Origin: a virus
DNA: 64,000 nucleotides
Reading direction: 5' to 3' (one strand)
IMG/VR virus record: IMGVR_UViG_3300044591_000896
Coordinates: 51,480-115,479 of that record
Of the stretch, positions 47,017 to 57,544 are shown in pieces. Numbering within the stretch: the stretch's first letter is position 1; each line of letters opens with the position of its first letter. The position numbers and the translations under genes were made by a program. The notes beneath the pieces are model-generated. The model was not told the DNA's origin. It saw only the letters and a program-made list of their open reading frames with translations, and did not search any database.

Positions 47017-48330
47017 TTAGTTAAAGATTTCATTTACGGAACCGAGGAAAGAACCGTTCCATTTTGATTTAGATTTTGTTACTACTTCAGACCCGCCGAG
47101 GTCTGAAGACTTCTTAATTGCTGTTTCGCCTTCTACGGCATCAACACGCTTCTGAACACCGTCAATAGTGCCCTTTATTTCTGTTACTGCTGCGCTTAGT
47201 GCGCTGTGCTTCTCTGCTAACTCTGAAATTCTAACATCGACATTCTTGCTGAATGCTTCAACAGATTCTTTGATCTGTGAAACTTGTGCAGCATTTGCCT
47301 CTGTAGCCTTTGAAAGTGTGTCCGAGAAAAAGCCCTTTAGGTCGCCCAACATTTTTGCAAAATCAGGTGTATCAACCTCTGCTGTGGCTGCTTCTTCAAC
47401 GGAGTCGGCAGGAGCGTCTACTACTGCAGCTTCTGCTACAGGAGCATCTTCTACAATAGCTTCTACAACAGCTTCAACAGCTGGTGCTTCTTCTAGTACG
47501 TCTACAGATTTTTCAATTACTGTCTCATTTTGTACGTCTGACACTTCATTACCTCCTTCTACGTTTGCCTGTTTTGCTATTTGTGTATCAGGCAACGCTA
47601 ATCTTGTCTTCTTGAATGAAGCAAGAATCTTATCTATTTCTTTTGACTTGTTTATATCTGATGACTCAACCCAGCCAATTAGAGTAGCTGGCTTTCCAGA
47701 TATTGGTGAGTCAAATGTTTTTTCTGTTGATATAAATACAGAATCACTTTCTTCGCAATAAAAAATATTTTCAGCAACTACTTCTGTTGCTATTCCCTTA
47801 TAGACCATCTTGCCACCAACTTTTTCAATAGAAAAAATGTTACATAGTTCATTTGCTGGTGAATCGACTATTGATAGCTCAACAAGATCATAGTCTTTAA
47901 TAAATCTTACTTGCTCTCCAGTTGCCTTGTTAATCTCATTATCTGATTCGTTAATTTTTCCGCCAATTGAAAAACCAGAAAGAGTGCCATCAAGAACTTT
48001 TTCCCAAGTATCTTGTGCACCCTTTGAAATGTATGAAGTTACATAGACTCCATTATAAAATGTTTGTGATTTTTGATCGTAGTATGTCTCTGGCTTAAAT
48101 CCAATAACCTTGCCTACTGCAATTGACTGATGCATCTCTCTAAGATTTCCACGGAAATTTTCAAATGCCTTCATACTTGCTTCTGCTGTAACAACGTCGC
48201 CTGTTTGGTCAACATTGTCTAATGTTGCAAATCCTGATACAGTTCTCTGTTCACGGTTTACTTTTGTAAAGGGTACTGAGAGATGGAGTTTTTCTCCATC
48301 ACTAGACCAGTTAGACTTTTCGATAATCAT
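47017..48330 (-). CDS. Prohead protease fused to scaffold
   Basis: LREMH, GFSIGG, ELSIVDSPAN; acidic Ala/Glu linker and coiled-coil C-terminus. Start MIIEK lies 7 nt after TAAAAT. Confidence 0.9.
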   Translation of the reverse strand: MIIEKSNWSSDGEKLHLSVPFTKVNREQRTVSGFATLDNVDQTGDVVTAEASMKAFENFRGNLREMHQSIAVGKVIGFKPETYYDQKSQTFYNGVYVTSYISKGAQDTWEKVLDGTLSGFSIGGKINESDNEINKATGEQVRFIKDYDLVELSIVDSPANELCNIFSIEKVGGKMVYKGIATEVVAENIFYCEESDSVFISTEKTFDSPISGKPATLIGWVESSDINKSKEIDKILASFKKTRLALPDTQIAKQANVEGGNEVSDVQNETVIEKSVDVLEEAPAVEAVVEAIVEDAPVAEAAVVDAPADSVEEAATAEVDTPDFAKMLGDLKGFFSDTLSKATEANAAQVSQIKESVEAFSKNVDVRISELAEKHSALSAAVTEIKGTIDGVQKRVDAVEGETAIKKSSDLGGSEVVTKSKSKWNGSFLGSVNEIFN

Positions 48331-48383
48331 ATGCTTAATTTTATAGGTATATATATCAAAAGGCAAATAGCAGTTGAGTAAAG

Positions 48384-49970
48384 TTATTTGACTTTTGGAC
48401 CGTCGCCTTTGGCATTTCTACCCTCCCCATTTTTATCTGGGGCAGTCTTGGCACGTTCTTGATCTCTAGTTTTATTGCCAGTAGATTTAGCTCTTTGGTC
48501 TGCTTCTTGCTGTGGCTTTAATTCTATGACTTCGTCTCCTCCGTCTAGTGGAATCATGCCCTTTCTAATTCTAACTTCATTAGGAGTCAAGACCTGCATA
48601 CGTAGATAAATCTCATCAATTTGGCTCTGAGAAATTTCATCAGTTAGGCTTAGCTCATTAAATTTAATAACTAGAGCGTCTGTCTTTTCTTCAATAATTG
48701 CATTGATTTTCTTCTCAAGTCTCATCTGTGCTGGACGGCAAACCTGCTCTTTAAATGTCTTGTCTGCATCACGTGCCACCGCTAAATTGACTCCTGGTGG
48801 TGTACCAATTTTATTAATTGGTACACGGTGAGCCATAAGAATTTCATCTCTATTTGTTTCACGATATACATTAAATGAAGACTCTTGTGCGCCTGCTTCA
48901 ATAGGCTCCATCTTAAATTCTGTTTTTGAGTCTGGTGTATCTGCTGGCAATGGGATGTAAAGTGATCTATGGTTTTTGCCTTTAAGCCCTACCTGGAAAA
49001 ATTCAAGAAGCTTTCTTTCTGACTCTGGTGAAAGCTTTGCTCCCTTTACTGTAATAATATATCTTGGTACCGCTTTGTTTTCAAAGTAGTCAAGGTTATA
49101 TCTTCCAGAAAATTCATTTCCAGTCAATGCCATTTGTGCTGCAATAATGTCTGGGATGCCGTAATAGTTATTCATTGGTGTGTACTTCTTTAAATGAATG
49201 ATCTCGTTAGGTCTATCCTCTGCACCTGCTATTGGATTAGGAGTTTCTGTATCTCCAAAGTTTCTAAAGAATACCGCCTTGCCATATAGAAGCTGCATGA
49301 ATCCATCACGCAGTCTACGTACACGCATAGTCTTTGATGGGATGTGCCCAATGTAACCAATGTTGCCAGCTGTAGTTCTTCCTATTTCAAGATAGCCATT
49401 TCCAGTTGCTTCAAGGTCTGTATAAACTTTAATTAGTGTTTCTGTAAAGGTATCTTCATCGTTAGTAGAGTCAAGCCAATCTTGTAGATCTTGCTTTAAC
49501 TTGTTTATTTTTCTTCTTGCTCTTTCAAGCTGCTTATCGTCTGTAATTTCATCAATAGCATCATTGGTTTTTCTTGTCTCCATAAAATTGTAGCCAAGCC
49601 CAACAATGTTTGCAACCTTAGAATTAACTGCTGCATAGTTGTATGTTGATATTTCGTATACCTGTGATAAGTACTCTAAATTATATTGTGGCTGAATCAA
49701 GTCAAACATAGCATATCCGCTAATTGCTTGAGCCATTAAATTCTGTTGTGTGGCCGCCCCGTCTTGACCAGTAAACGATTTAGAGAAATCTCTGTTTACT
49801 TTTCTTTTAAAGTTAGTTCCAAGACCTCTTACTTTTTTTAAATCATCGATGCCTATTGCAAATGGATCAAAGTGCTCTTTTTCTTTTTTAAATGAAAACC
49901 AGTCAGCAGTATTTGATATGTTAATTGTTGAAGAGTTGTCGTCGCCATCTTCAATAAATTGTGCTGTCAT
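48384..49970 (-). CDS. Portal protein
   Basis: TGNGYLE, EIIHLK..YYGIP, AHRVP, TPNEVR...PLDGGD. Confidence 0.93.
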   Translation of the reverse strand: MTAQFIEDGDDNSSTINISNTADWFSFKKEKEHFDPFAIGIDDLKKVRGLGTNFKRKVNRDFSKSFTGQDGAATQQNLMAQAISGYAMFDLIQPQYNLEYLSQVYEISTYNYAAVNSKVANIVGLGYNFMETRKTNDAIDEITDDKQLERARRKINKLKQDLQDWLDSTNDEDTFTETLIKVYTDLEATGNGYLEIGRTTAGNIGYIGHIPSKTMRVRRLRDGFMQLLYGKAVFFRNFGDTETPNPIAGAEDRPNEIIHLKKYTPMNNYYGIPDIIAAQMALTGNEFSGRYNLDYFENKAVPRYIITVKGAKLSPESERKLLEFFQVGLKGKNHRSLYIPLPADTPDSKTEFKMEPIEAGAQESSFNVYRETNRDEILMAHRVPINKIGTPPGVNLAVARDADKTFKEQVCRPAQMRLEKKINAIIEEKTDALVIKFNELSLTDEISQSQIDEIYLRMQVLTPNEVRIRKGMIPLDGGDEVIELKPQQEADQRAKSTGNKTRDQERAKTAPDKNGEGRNAKGDGPKVK

Positions 49971-50305
49971 TGTACTTTACCATTCCTTAAGGCACCATCT
50001 TTGTAGTTACCAATGTCTAGCGGATCTGGCACTAGGCCCCACTGAAGTCTCTGTGACTGATGCTCAAATTCTTCATCGTCAATTTTTCTACGCCCCGCTA
50101 AAAACTTGGGCTGCCCTACGTCAATACCATATGAACGCACTTCTCTAGCAAGTTGGTCCATCTTTGACTTGTTGCCCTTCATTGATGTAACAGAAAGGAA
50201 GTTGCCATCATCATCACCAATCCATCTACCGTCTGGCATTTCCCATACGTATATGCCAAGTCGTGTCTCTTCTACAATTGATGATCTTTGATTTAATATG
50301 TCCAT
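49967..50305 (-). CDS. Hypothetical protein upstream of portal
   Basis: ATGA-coupled to portal; TGGTAAAAT 8 nt before ATG 50305. Confidence 0.7.
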   Translation of the reverse strand: MDILNQRSSIVEETRLGIYVWEMPDGRWIGDDDGNFLSVTSMKGNKSKMDQLAREVRSYGIDVGQPKFLAGRRKIDDEEFEHQSQRLQWGLVPDPLDIGNYKDGALRNGKVQ

Positions 50306-50367
50306 AGTACTTAATTTTACCATTACTTAATGCCAAAGTCCAGATTTTGTCAAGACTTTGTACAAAA

Positions 50368-52182
50368 CTATGAGTTCTGGAGAACCACCCAGTCATTATC
50401 ATAGTACTCTACAGAACTTTCGGTCATTCCGATGCCAGAATCATAGACTACTGCAGTTGCTCTGCCTATATACAATGAATAATTATATAAACATTCAGAT
50501 ACATTAAACTGCTTCTCATACAGGGTTATATTTTGATACAGAGACTTTGGGCCAGAACCATTAAACTCTATATCTCCAGATACTGGTGTTCTTAGTACGA
50601 CTAGAATATGATACATATTGCCAGGCTCAAAAACCGTTGATATATTTGAATCAAATATCTTACTTACTCCATTGACATAGAATCTCAAAATGTTACTTCC
50701 TATGCTTATTTGACCTGAGCTATTCCATGAAATTCCGTCAACAATGGATCCCGCAATTCTGGAGTTTGGGGTATAAAACATTTCTATCGTATTTATTTGG
50801 CTGGAGGTGTTGATGAAGAATCCTGAACCAGCCTCTACATTTACTCCGCTTCTTGAGTCTCTAGTCAAAATAGGATATCTTCTATTACCAATTCCAATAT
50901 TGTTATCTCCTGGATATAGGTAGTCTTGAGAATTGTTTGAATACTCTTTATTGTCGGCATACATTTTAACTATGAGATACTCTAAAGATGGTATATATCT
51001 AGATGTATCTTCAGATGTAAATACTATTTTAATGTAAAGCTTTCTTGATTCACTAAAGTCTGTTGAGGTATATTTAGGTATCACTGAGTTGTTTTCACAC
51101 GGCTCAAATGCTATTCCGTCTGTACTTGAAAATACTGTTATTCCATTGTCTCCCGCCCATTCTATTTTTGAAGAAGTTGGAGAAAGAGAGTATGGGATAT
51201 ATATCATGTCTACTATTTCAACAACAGAGTTTTCTGCAGTATCTGTTTTAGATATAGAAAGTGTTTTTTTAGATGTGTTGTGATCAAGACCATCTACTAA
51301 TATATCTGACCAATCTTTATCTACTGGGTATCTAAAAACAAAATCTGTCATATAGTTACTGTCATTGATTTCAAAAGCTTTTCCATTTAATGGACCATAG
51401 ACATCTAAAGGTCTTGTTGATACTGCATTTAAATAATGGTTTTTAATTTTAACATCTGTTAGTGCGTATCTGTATATCGCTAGGCCATTTACTAAAAAGT
51501 AGTTGCTGCTATTTTCAGTTGGCCCGCATAGCAAAGACAAATTAGAATTTGTAAATTTAAAGTTTTCAATGTCTATCGATGAAACCAATTCTCCATCTAC
51601 ATAAAGCATTGCGGAGTCTTTGTTGTACACTGCAGCTAGGTAGTAAGCCTTCTTTTTGTATGGCAAAGTATATTCAATAGTATTTGTATTTAGCTTAAAA
51701 AGAATATTGCCTTTATGATAGAACAATCCTACGCTATTTAATGAATCTCCAATTAATGGTATTGGGTCAGACTCTAAAGCATTGATTGAAGGGTATATAA
51801 AAATTTCAAAAGAAAATGTATTATCAGAGAATGTATCTTTTGCAAATCCGCCTTTAACAATTTCTCCGTTGTATCCTCTTGCATTATTTATATTAATAGA
51901 TGCAACGCTATCTATTTTTATTGCATATGGGTCACCGTATACTAAAGGTATAATATCTGACTTTACTTCTCCTGAATAGAATCCGTTATTTTGGCAACCA
52001 GAAATATCGACAACTGCATTTCCAGAGTCTAATGAGTAGTTCGCAAATGCAGCTTTAAATTCCTCATATGTATTATAATCATTCAATACATCTTGGTAAG
52101 ACGGAATGCTAAATGCTTCTGTTATTGCACCGCTATAATATACTATTGGGTTGTCTGCTAAGACAGAGTATTTATATGACAT
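50368..52182 (-). CDS. LamG/concanavalin-like domain virion protein
   Basis: VLADNPIVYY, FSFEIF, LAAVY...LYVDGEL, LAIYRYALT...IKNHY. Confidence 0.7.
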   Translation of the reverse strand: MSYKYSVLADNPIVYYSGAITEAFSIPSYQDVLNDYNTYEEFKAAFANYSLDSGNAVVDISGCQNNGFYSGEVKSDIIPLVYGDPYAIKIDSVASININNARGYNGEIVKGGFAKDTFSDNTFSFEIFIYPSINALESDPIPLIGDSLNSVGLFYHKGNILFKLNTNTIEYTLPYKKKAYYLAAVYNKDSAMLYVDGELVSSIDIENFKFTNSNLSLLCGPTENSSNYFLVNGLAIYRYALTDVKIKNHYLNAVSTRPLDVYGPLNGKAFEINDSNYMTDFVFRYPVDKDWSDILVDGLDHNTSKKTLSISKTDTAENSVVEIVDMIYIPYSLSPTSSKIEWAGDNGITVFSSTDGIAFEPCENNSVIPKYTSTDFSESRKLYIKIVFTSEDTSRYIPSLEYLIVKMYADNKEYSNNSQDYLYPGDNNIGIGNRRYPILTRDSRSGVNVEAGSGFFINTSSQINTIEMFYTPNSRIAGSIVDGISWNSSGQISIGSNILRFYVNGVSKIFDSNISTVFEPGNMYHILVVLRTPVSGDIEFNGSGPKSLYQNITLYEKQFNVSECLYNYSLYIGRATAVVYDSGIGMTESSVEYYDNDWVVLQNS

Positions 52183-52184
52183 AA

Positions 52185-53165
52185 TTACCCCTGTTCTAGT
52201 TGTGCAACTCTTGTAGATAATTCCTGTACGGCTTTAATAAGTGGAGCAATAAACTGCTCATACCTTAATGCTTGACTTTGATCTTCTTTCAGAATCCATC
52301 CGCCAAAATCTTCTGCCCCAGATCCATCTACTGCTGCTTTAACTTCTTGAGCTATCAATCCATAATGAACTCTTTCGCCAGCAACTGGTGTTTCAATCTG
52401 ATTGCCTTCTGGGTCAAATGTAGTTACGGTATCGCCAACTATGTATTTATATTTTACTGGGTTTAGAGAATTAATAAAATTTAATCCTAAATCAGAAGAC
52501 TCTATCTCTGTTTTTAAATTTAAGTCTGAGGGTGTAATTAAAGATGCAGCATATACTGAGCCTTGGAAGAATCCCCTCTTCCAATTCTTTGCAACTGGTA
52601 TTCCAGAAAATACATCAATCTCTTGACCTAAATCAAAAAAGTTATTTGATGATGGGTACCAATTTGAATTAACTCCATATGCAGAAGATGTTGCTAAGTT
52701 TAAACTTATTCTATTGTCTAGCGGATCAATGTTTGCATTTTGTCCTGGTGGGCCCTGGGGTCCAGTAGCACCAGTTGCTCCGTCTGCGCCTCTTGGAATT
52801 GTAAAATTAAGCTTTACATCAGATGATGTTCCAGAGTTTGTAACATTTGCATTTGTTCCAGCAGCACCTGTCGCTGTTGATTCTACAGCTACTGTTGCAG
52901 CTGCGTCACCTTTGTCACCTTTTGGACCTGCGGGCCCCTGCACACCCTGCTCACCCTGCGGTCCAGTTGCGCCAGTCAATCCCTGGGGACCTTGCGGTCC
53001 TTGCGCTCCTGTGGCTCCTGTGGGGCCTGCGGGCCCTACAGGGCCTGGGTGTGCGTCTAAGTACTGGTCAATGTCCAAAGCAAGCTGAGAGATATCCCTA
53101 GGTACGTCAGGGGTATCTGTGTAGTCTGGGTAACTAAAGTCTTTTGCGTTTGGTACAGTAGCCAT
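52185..53165 (-). CDS. Collagen-like fibre with S74 intramolecular chaperone
   Basis: 16 consecutive Gly-X-Y triplets plus a shorter run; SDLNLKTEI...HYGLIAQEV...LIKAVQEL. Confidence 0.88.
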   Translation of the reverse strand: MATVPNAKDFSYPDYTDTPDVPRDISQLALDIDQYLDAHPGPVGPAGPTGATGAQGPQGPQGLTGATGPQGEQGVQGPAGPKGDKGDAAATVAVESTATGAAGTNANVTNSGTSSDVKLNFTIPRGADGATGATGPQGPPGQNANIDPLDNRISLNLATSSAYGVNSNWYPSSNNFFDLGQEIDVFSGIPVAKNWKRGFFQGSVYAASLITPSDLNLKTEIESSDLGLNFINSLNPVKYKYIVGDTVTTFDPEGNQIETPVAGERVHYGLIAQEVKAAVDGSGAEDFGGWILKEDQSQALRYEQFIAPLIKAVQELSTRVAQLEQG

Positions 53166-53171
53166 TTTTTA

Positions 53172-53180
53172 ATTATACCA
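53172..53180 (-). promoter_or_regulatory. Extended -10 leaderless promoter (TGGTATAAT)
   Basis: 6 nt before ATG 53165. Confidence 0.65.
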
Positions 53181-53186
53181 CCTAAA

Positions 53187-53789
53187 TTACCAAAGCCAAA
53201 AGCCTGGGCACATATACTTTGTGCCAGATATTAACTTTTTAGATTGGTGCAGATATGGTTCTGAAGATGGGAATATAACTATACTTCCAGCTTGAGGCTT
53301 TATAGTAACGTTTTGATTTGGAAAGGCTAACTCTCCGCCTTCATAATCATCGTTTAAATATGAAACAATAGAGTATCTTAATCTTGCATCTCCGTCATTT
53401 TGATCAGCATGTGGACCCATTTCTGTTCCAACATTATACTTTTTAATAGCAGAGTCGGTATCAATTTTTACATCGCCCTCTACATTATTATATTGCTTAT
53501 ATAATGAAGCGCAGAATTTCATATTTGCAATAACGCTATTAATTATATAAAGCTCTTTTGGAGAAGGCTCTTTACCAATTTTTTCATAATTAGCATCAAT
53601 CATTTTTGCATAGCCATATACAGTATCTGAATCATTGCTTGCTGTCCATGGCTTCCATTTAGATATAAATGCAGTGTCAATTGAATCGTCATCCTCTGAC
53701 TGCTCTATAAGATCTATTAATCTGCTAGGCTCAGAAATTGAATTAGTAAAATAAAATATGTTTGGTGCTAATTGGTGAAACTCGTACAT
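53187..53789 (-). CDS. 2OG-Fe(II) oxygenase, prolyl 4-hydroxylase-like
   Basis: HAD, YLNDDYEGGE, distal H, GTKY. Confidence 0.9.
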   Translation of the reverse strand: MYEFHQLAPNIFYFTNSISEPSRLIDLIEQSEDDDSIDTAFISKWKPWTASNDSDTVYGYAKMIDANYEKIGKEPSPKELYIINSVIANMKFCASLYKQYNNVEGDVKIDTDSAIKKYNVGTEMGPHADQNDGDARLRYSIVSYLNDDYEGGELAFPNQNVTIKPQAGSIVIFPSSEPYLHQSKKLISGTKYMCPGFWLW

Positions 53790-53790
53790 T

Positions 53791-54507
53791 TCAATCTCCT
53801 ATAAACTCGGTTCCAGTAAACCAAAATGATGGACACATGTATTTGTGTCCACTTTTAACTAAATGTGCTGTGTGGCTGTAAGGTGATGAAGAAGGAAATA
53901 GTATTGCACTTCCAGCCTCTGGCTTTATAGAAACTGTTACCTTACCTACATTTTCTTTTGCAAGGAAGTCTGGGTGTGGCTTATCTTCATGTTCAACTAC
54001 TCCGTCTTTAATGGTAAATGATATTTCTCCACCCTCGTATTTATCATTTAAATATAACACTACAGAGTATCTTAGCCTTTCATCTCCTTCTTGCTGATCA
54101 AAGTGCCCACCCATAAAAGTTCCAGCATCGTACTTGTTAATTCCGACATCTGGATACATATTTAATGGATCTTCTATTTTATAAAACTCTCTGTAAGCTT
54201 CAAATGAATTTCTAAAGGCTGAGCTTATAGTACCAAATATGTAAGAGAATTTATCTAGCGTATCTTCATCTATTAACTTTGATAGCTCACCAGACTTATA
54301 GTTTTTCCAGTGGTCTGAGTTTATGTTTTTGTTTGTACCATAAACATACATCTCTCCGCTACAAGCTTCCCAAGATTTCCATTTTGGAATCAAGGTAGTC
54401 ATTTTTTCATTATCTTCTGTTTTTTCAATTGCAGAAATTAAATCTTCATGATTATCAATTAGTCCTGTTACATAAAGTATTCCATCGTGCAGTTCTACTA
54501 CATTCAT
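53791..54507 (-). CDS. 2OG-Fe(II) oxygenase, prolyl 4-hydroxylase-like
   Basis: HFD, YLNDKYEGGE, distal H, GHKY. Confidence 0.9.
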   Translation of the reverse strand: MNVVELHDGILYVTGLIDNHEDLISAIEKTEDNEKMTTLIPKWKSWEACSGEMYVYGTNKNINSDHWKNYKSGELSKLIDEDTLDKFSYIFGTISSAFRNSFEAYREFYKIEDPLNMYPDVGINKYDAGTFMGGHFDQQEGDERLRYSVVLYLNDKYEGGEISFTIKDGVVEHEDKPHPDFLAKENVGKVTVSIKPEAGSAILFPSSSPYSHTAHLVKSGHKYMCPSFWFTGTEFIGD

Positions 54508-55262
54508 GATATCTCCCCCGATAATTCTTTTGCTGGCCTGCTTGATACACCTGGGCCAGGAAGAAGTCTTTCTCCACGGTCTCTCATTTCAGCCCACTCT
54601 TCAGCATCTTTTGCTTGCTGTAGTCTTGCTTCTGCGATTTCCGTTTCCCATCTAGCTCTTGTTTCATCACTATATTCTATCTCTTCGAAATCCCAAAATG
54701 ATCCAACTGTATACCTTGTGCCCTTTTCTATTGGTAAAACTTCGTGTATATTGTGATGACCACCCTCAAATGCTGCGAGAAGTCCTTTTCTTGGCTTTAT
54801 TGTTATCTCATGATCTCTAAAGTTAAGTTCTCCACCTTCAAAGTCATCGTTAAGATAAAGGAATGATGCCATTTTACTTCTTTCAAAAGCATTATACTCT
54901 GGGCTGTCTAGTGGAGTATTATCTGAATGGAATCCAGCAAATGCACCTTCTATCCATTTTTGTGAGTGGTAGCTAACTTTTCTAAGTGGTCCACCTCTTG
55001 TATCTTCTGTGGCAGCCTTAATGCCAGCCTCTAAATCTGTAAAGAAATTTGCTGGTAATCCAAACTTAAACATATCGTCATCTTCTGGTAAGTTTGAAGA
55101 GAATGACTCGTAAAAAGAAATTGGTCCCCAAATAAGAGTACCCTTTTCTGTTGAGTGATCCCAATACTTTAATATAGCATCACAGTGTTCTGGTGATATA
55201 AAGTTTTCGTACAGTACTACATCGCTCTTTAAAACCTTCTTGCCATCAAGATTATATATCAT
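54504..55262 (-). CDS. 2OG-Fe(II) oxygenase, prolyl 4-hydroxylase-like
   Basis: HSD, YLNDDFEGGE, HEV...GTRY. Confidence 0.9.
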   Translation of the reverse strand: MIYNLDGKKVLKSDVVLYENFISPEHCDAILKYWDHSTEKGTLIWGPISFYESFSSNLPEDDDMFKFGLPANFFTDLEAGIKAATEDTRGGPLRKVSYHSQKWIEGAFAGFHSDNTPLDSPEYNAFERSKMASFLYLNDDFEGGELNFRDHEITIKPRKGLLAAFEGGHHNIHEVLPIEKGTRYTVGSFWDFEEIEYSDETRARWETEIAEARLQQAKDAEEWAEMRDRGERLLPGPGVSSRPAKELSGEIS

Positions 55263-56100
55263 TTAGTCTTCTCGCTTTCGATACGTCTTGTCGATTTATC
55301 TGTTGATAAACTCCGTTTGCCCTGTCTCTTTTCCATCTTTCTCTTTCCATCTCTGCCCAAATTTCTTCTCCATAAAGCTGCTGGTTTTTTATCCACTCTT
55401 CAGTGCCTTCATGAAATCTAAGCATATTGTTTCTGATAAAGTACTTTGGCTTACCCGTAATTTTTCTAACTCCGTGATGGTATAACTCATCACCATCTGT
55501 TAAGAAATTAGGATCTCCTGCTGGGAAAACAATTACATCTCCAGCTTTTGGCTTATAGTAAAATAGCTTATCGTTTATGTAAAAATCAACTCCGCCGCCT
55601 TCGTAGTCATCATTTAAATACATAGTTACGGTTACCGCAAAATTATATCCTCTAGCGTCTCTTTTTTCTACCTGGTAGTCTGTGTGATAGTGCATTGCAA
55701 GATCTAGTGCTACTTCTGCTTCTTCATTATATTTGCATATAGAAGGGCCCATTTTTATCCATTTGTTTTTTGTTCTACCATCAACTTCATCAACAAATGA
55801 TTCAAATGAGTATTCAACATTATTTTTCTTAAAATAGTCATCAACTACTGTAAAAAATACTCCTTCTATTTCTGCTAGAACTTCTCTTTCTTTTATAACC
55901 CTTGGAGTATCTTCTGCATCACGAATAAAGTTATCTGCCTCTAAACCAAACGTATACCAATCTTCCCAAGGGTAAATCATTGAGCCTTCAGGATTTACCT
56001 CTGACTCTATTATTGTATTTAAAAATGAGTCTAGGTCTCTGAAGGGGTTAGAATAAACAAAAACTTTTGGATAAATTTCTCTGTACTGAAGTTCACTCAC
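55252..56100 (-). CDS. 2OG-Fe(II) oxygenase, prolyl 4-hydroxylase-like
   Basis: HTD, YLNDDYEGG, HGV...KPKY. Confidence 0.9.
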   Translation of the reverse strand: MSELQYREIYPKVFVYSNPFRDLDSFLNTIIESEVNPEGSMIYPWEDWYTFGLEADNFIRDAEDTPRVIKEREVLAEIEGVFFTVVDDYFKKNNVEYSFESFVDEVDGRTKNKWIKMGPSICKYNEEAEVALDLAMHYHTDYQVEKRDARGYNFAVTVTMYLNDDYEGGGVDFYINDKLFYYKPKAGDVIVFPAGDPNFLTDGDELYHHGVRKITGKPKYFIRNNMLRFHEGTEEWIKNQQLYGEEIWAEMERERWKRDRANGVYQQINRQDVSKARRLNDI

Positions 56101-56786
56101 GGCTGCTTTTCTCCTGTATGTTTTAATATATTCCAGAAAAATGGTGATGTATATCTATTACCAGATAAGACTGGCCTTACTCCGTGAACGTAATTTCTAT
56201 CTCCTGGGAAGAAGTAAGCTGATCCAGCATTTGGTTTAAATTCAATTCCTTGTATTGGAAAGAATAGTTCTCCGCCTTCGTAATCATCATTAAAATAAAA
56301 TATTGATGCAATGTCGTAATGTGGAAAATCATTAGGCGTTCCAGCATCTGGGCCTTCGTGAAGTTCTTTATCTGCATGAGGATCTTGTCTAGTTCCAACT
56401 GGCCATCTTACGATAGCTGGGCCCGTTGCCTGTACGTCTACATCAAAAAATTTATCTACTTCTTTTTTAAGTCTAACAATTAGTCCTTCAACAACAGTTA
56501 CAATTGAAGGGTCATGAGATATATCCATGGACTTTCTGGTACATACTCTGTCTGCCCATACATTTGCATCATATATAACTGTGCCGTTTTCATTAAAATG
56601 TGACTCTGTTATATCCCATGTCTTGTTACTAAATGCAAAATCAGTTAATCTTTGCTTTTCTGCTTCTGTTAAAAAGTTTTTTAACTCAACAATATTGTCT
56701 GTTGAATCACCAAAAAAACCAGAAGGCGTAATTGATGTAAGCTCTTTGTAATTATGCTCTTTGTTTGTATTTACTTGCTTTTGCAT
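56097..56786 (-). CDS. 2OG-Fe(II) oxygenase, prolyl 4-hydroxylase-like
   Basis: HAD, YFNDDYEGGE, HGV...GNRY; AGGAGA RBS before ATG 56786. Confidence 0.9.
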   Translation of the reverse strand: MQKQVNTNKEHNYKELTSITPSGFFGDSTDNIVELKNFLTEAEKQRLTDFAFSNKTWDITESHFNENGTVIYDANVWADRVCTRKSMDISHDPSIVTVVEGLIVRLKKEVDKFFDVDVQATGPAIVRWPVGTRQDPHADKELHEGPDAGTPNDFPHYDIASIFYFNDDYEGGELFFPIQGIEFKPNAGSAYFFPGDRNYVHGVRPVLSGNRYTSPFFWNILKHTGEKQP

Positions 56787-56794
56787 TTTTTCTC

Positions 56795-57544
56795 CTATTG
56801 GTATTTTCTTTTTGACCAAAACTTCTTTTTATAGACTCCACCATCTGGTGATCTAAATGTATTAGCTGTCTCCATATGCTTTTGTAAAATCTCTTCTGCC
56901 GTCCTAAAAACCAAGTCTGATTCCCAGTCTTCTCTTTTGAAAGGAATTATTTGCATATACGGTGTGCCTGCTGGCACTACGCCTGTAAAACCTTTTTGCA
57001 AGAAAAACGGGATAAGACCTGAGTTAGTTACCTTATCACTATCTATTATACCAGCCACTGTTAAAAATGGTAAATCAAATCTATTAACTGGGGATAGGTA
57101 GATTGCGCTATATCCTTCTGGAAGGACTGGTGCCCAATTTGCATACCAATGAAAATGATCATCGTCATATCCTGCTGGTGTTACAAATCCCTCCATCTTT
57201 GCTCTTTCTCCAACAAAGTCTTCAAAACCAATATCTGTTTTAACCTTTGTTCTGCCACGCTTTTCATAAAACTCAATATCGCATGGAGTAAGTAGAGCAT
57301 ATCCTGTTGTAAATATATCAAGTATTGCTGGGCAAGACTTATAGGACATTACCTTTGATATTCCATCTGGATTTACATAAGGTACTCCATTTGGATCTTT
57401 AATATAAATACTTGCATCTTGCCACCATTTTGCAAGTGATTTGCTCATAGGAGATGGTGAATGAGTGCCATCCTTCTTATTATAAATTTTATTAGAATGA
57501 AATGTTATTTTATTTGTCACTGCAGGCCACTGGCTTTCCGTCAT
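56795..57544 (-). CDS. DUF6065-related protein
   Basis: KSCPAILD...GY...PCD; PEGYS...P.NR; GIIDSD; GTPYMQIIPF. Confidence 0.6.
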   Translation of the reverse strand: MTESQWPAVTNKITFHSNKIYNKKDGTHSPSPMSKSLAKWWQDASIYIKDPNGVPYVNPDGISKVMSYKSCPAILDIFTTGYALLTPCDIEFYEKRGRTKVKTDIGFEDFVGERAKMEGFVTPAGYDDDHFHWYANWAPVLPEGYSAIYLSPVNRFDLPFLTVAGIIDSDKVTNSGLIPFFLQKGFTGVVPAGTPYMQIIPFKREDWESDLVFRTAEEILQKHMETANTFRSPDGGVYKKKFWSKRKYQ

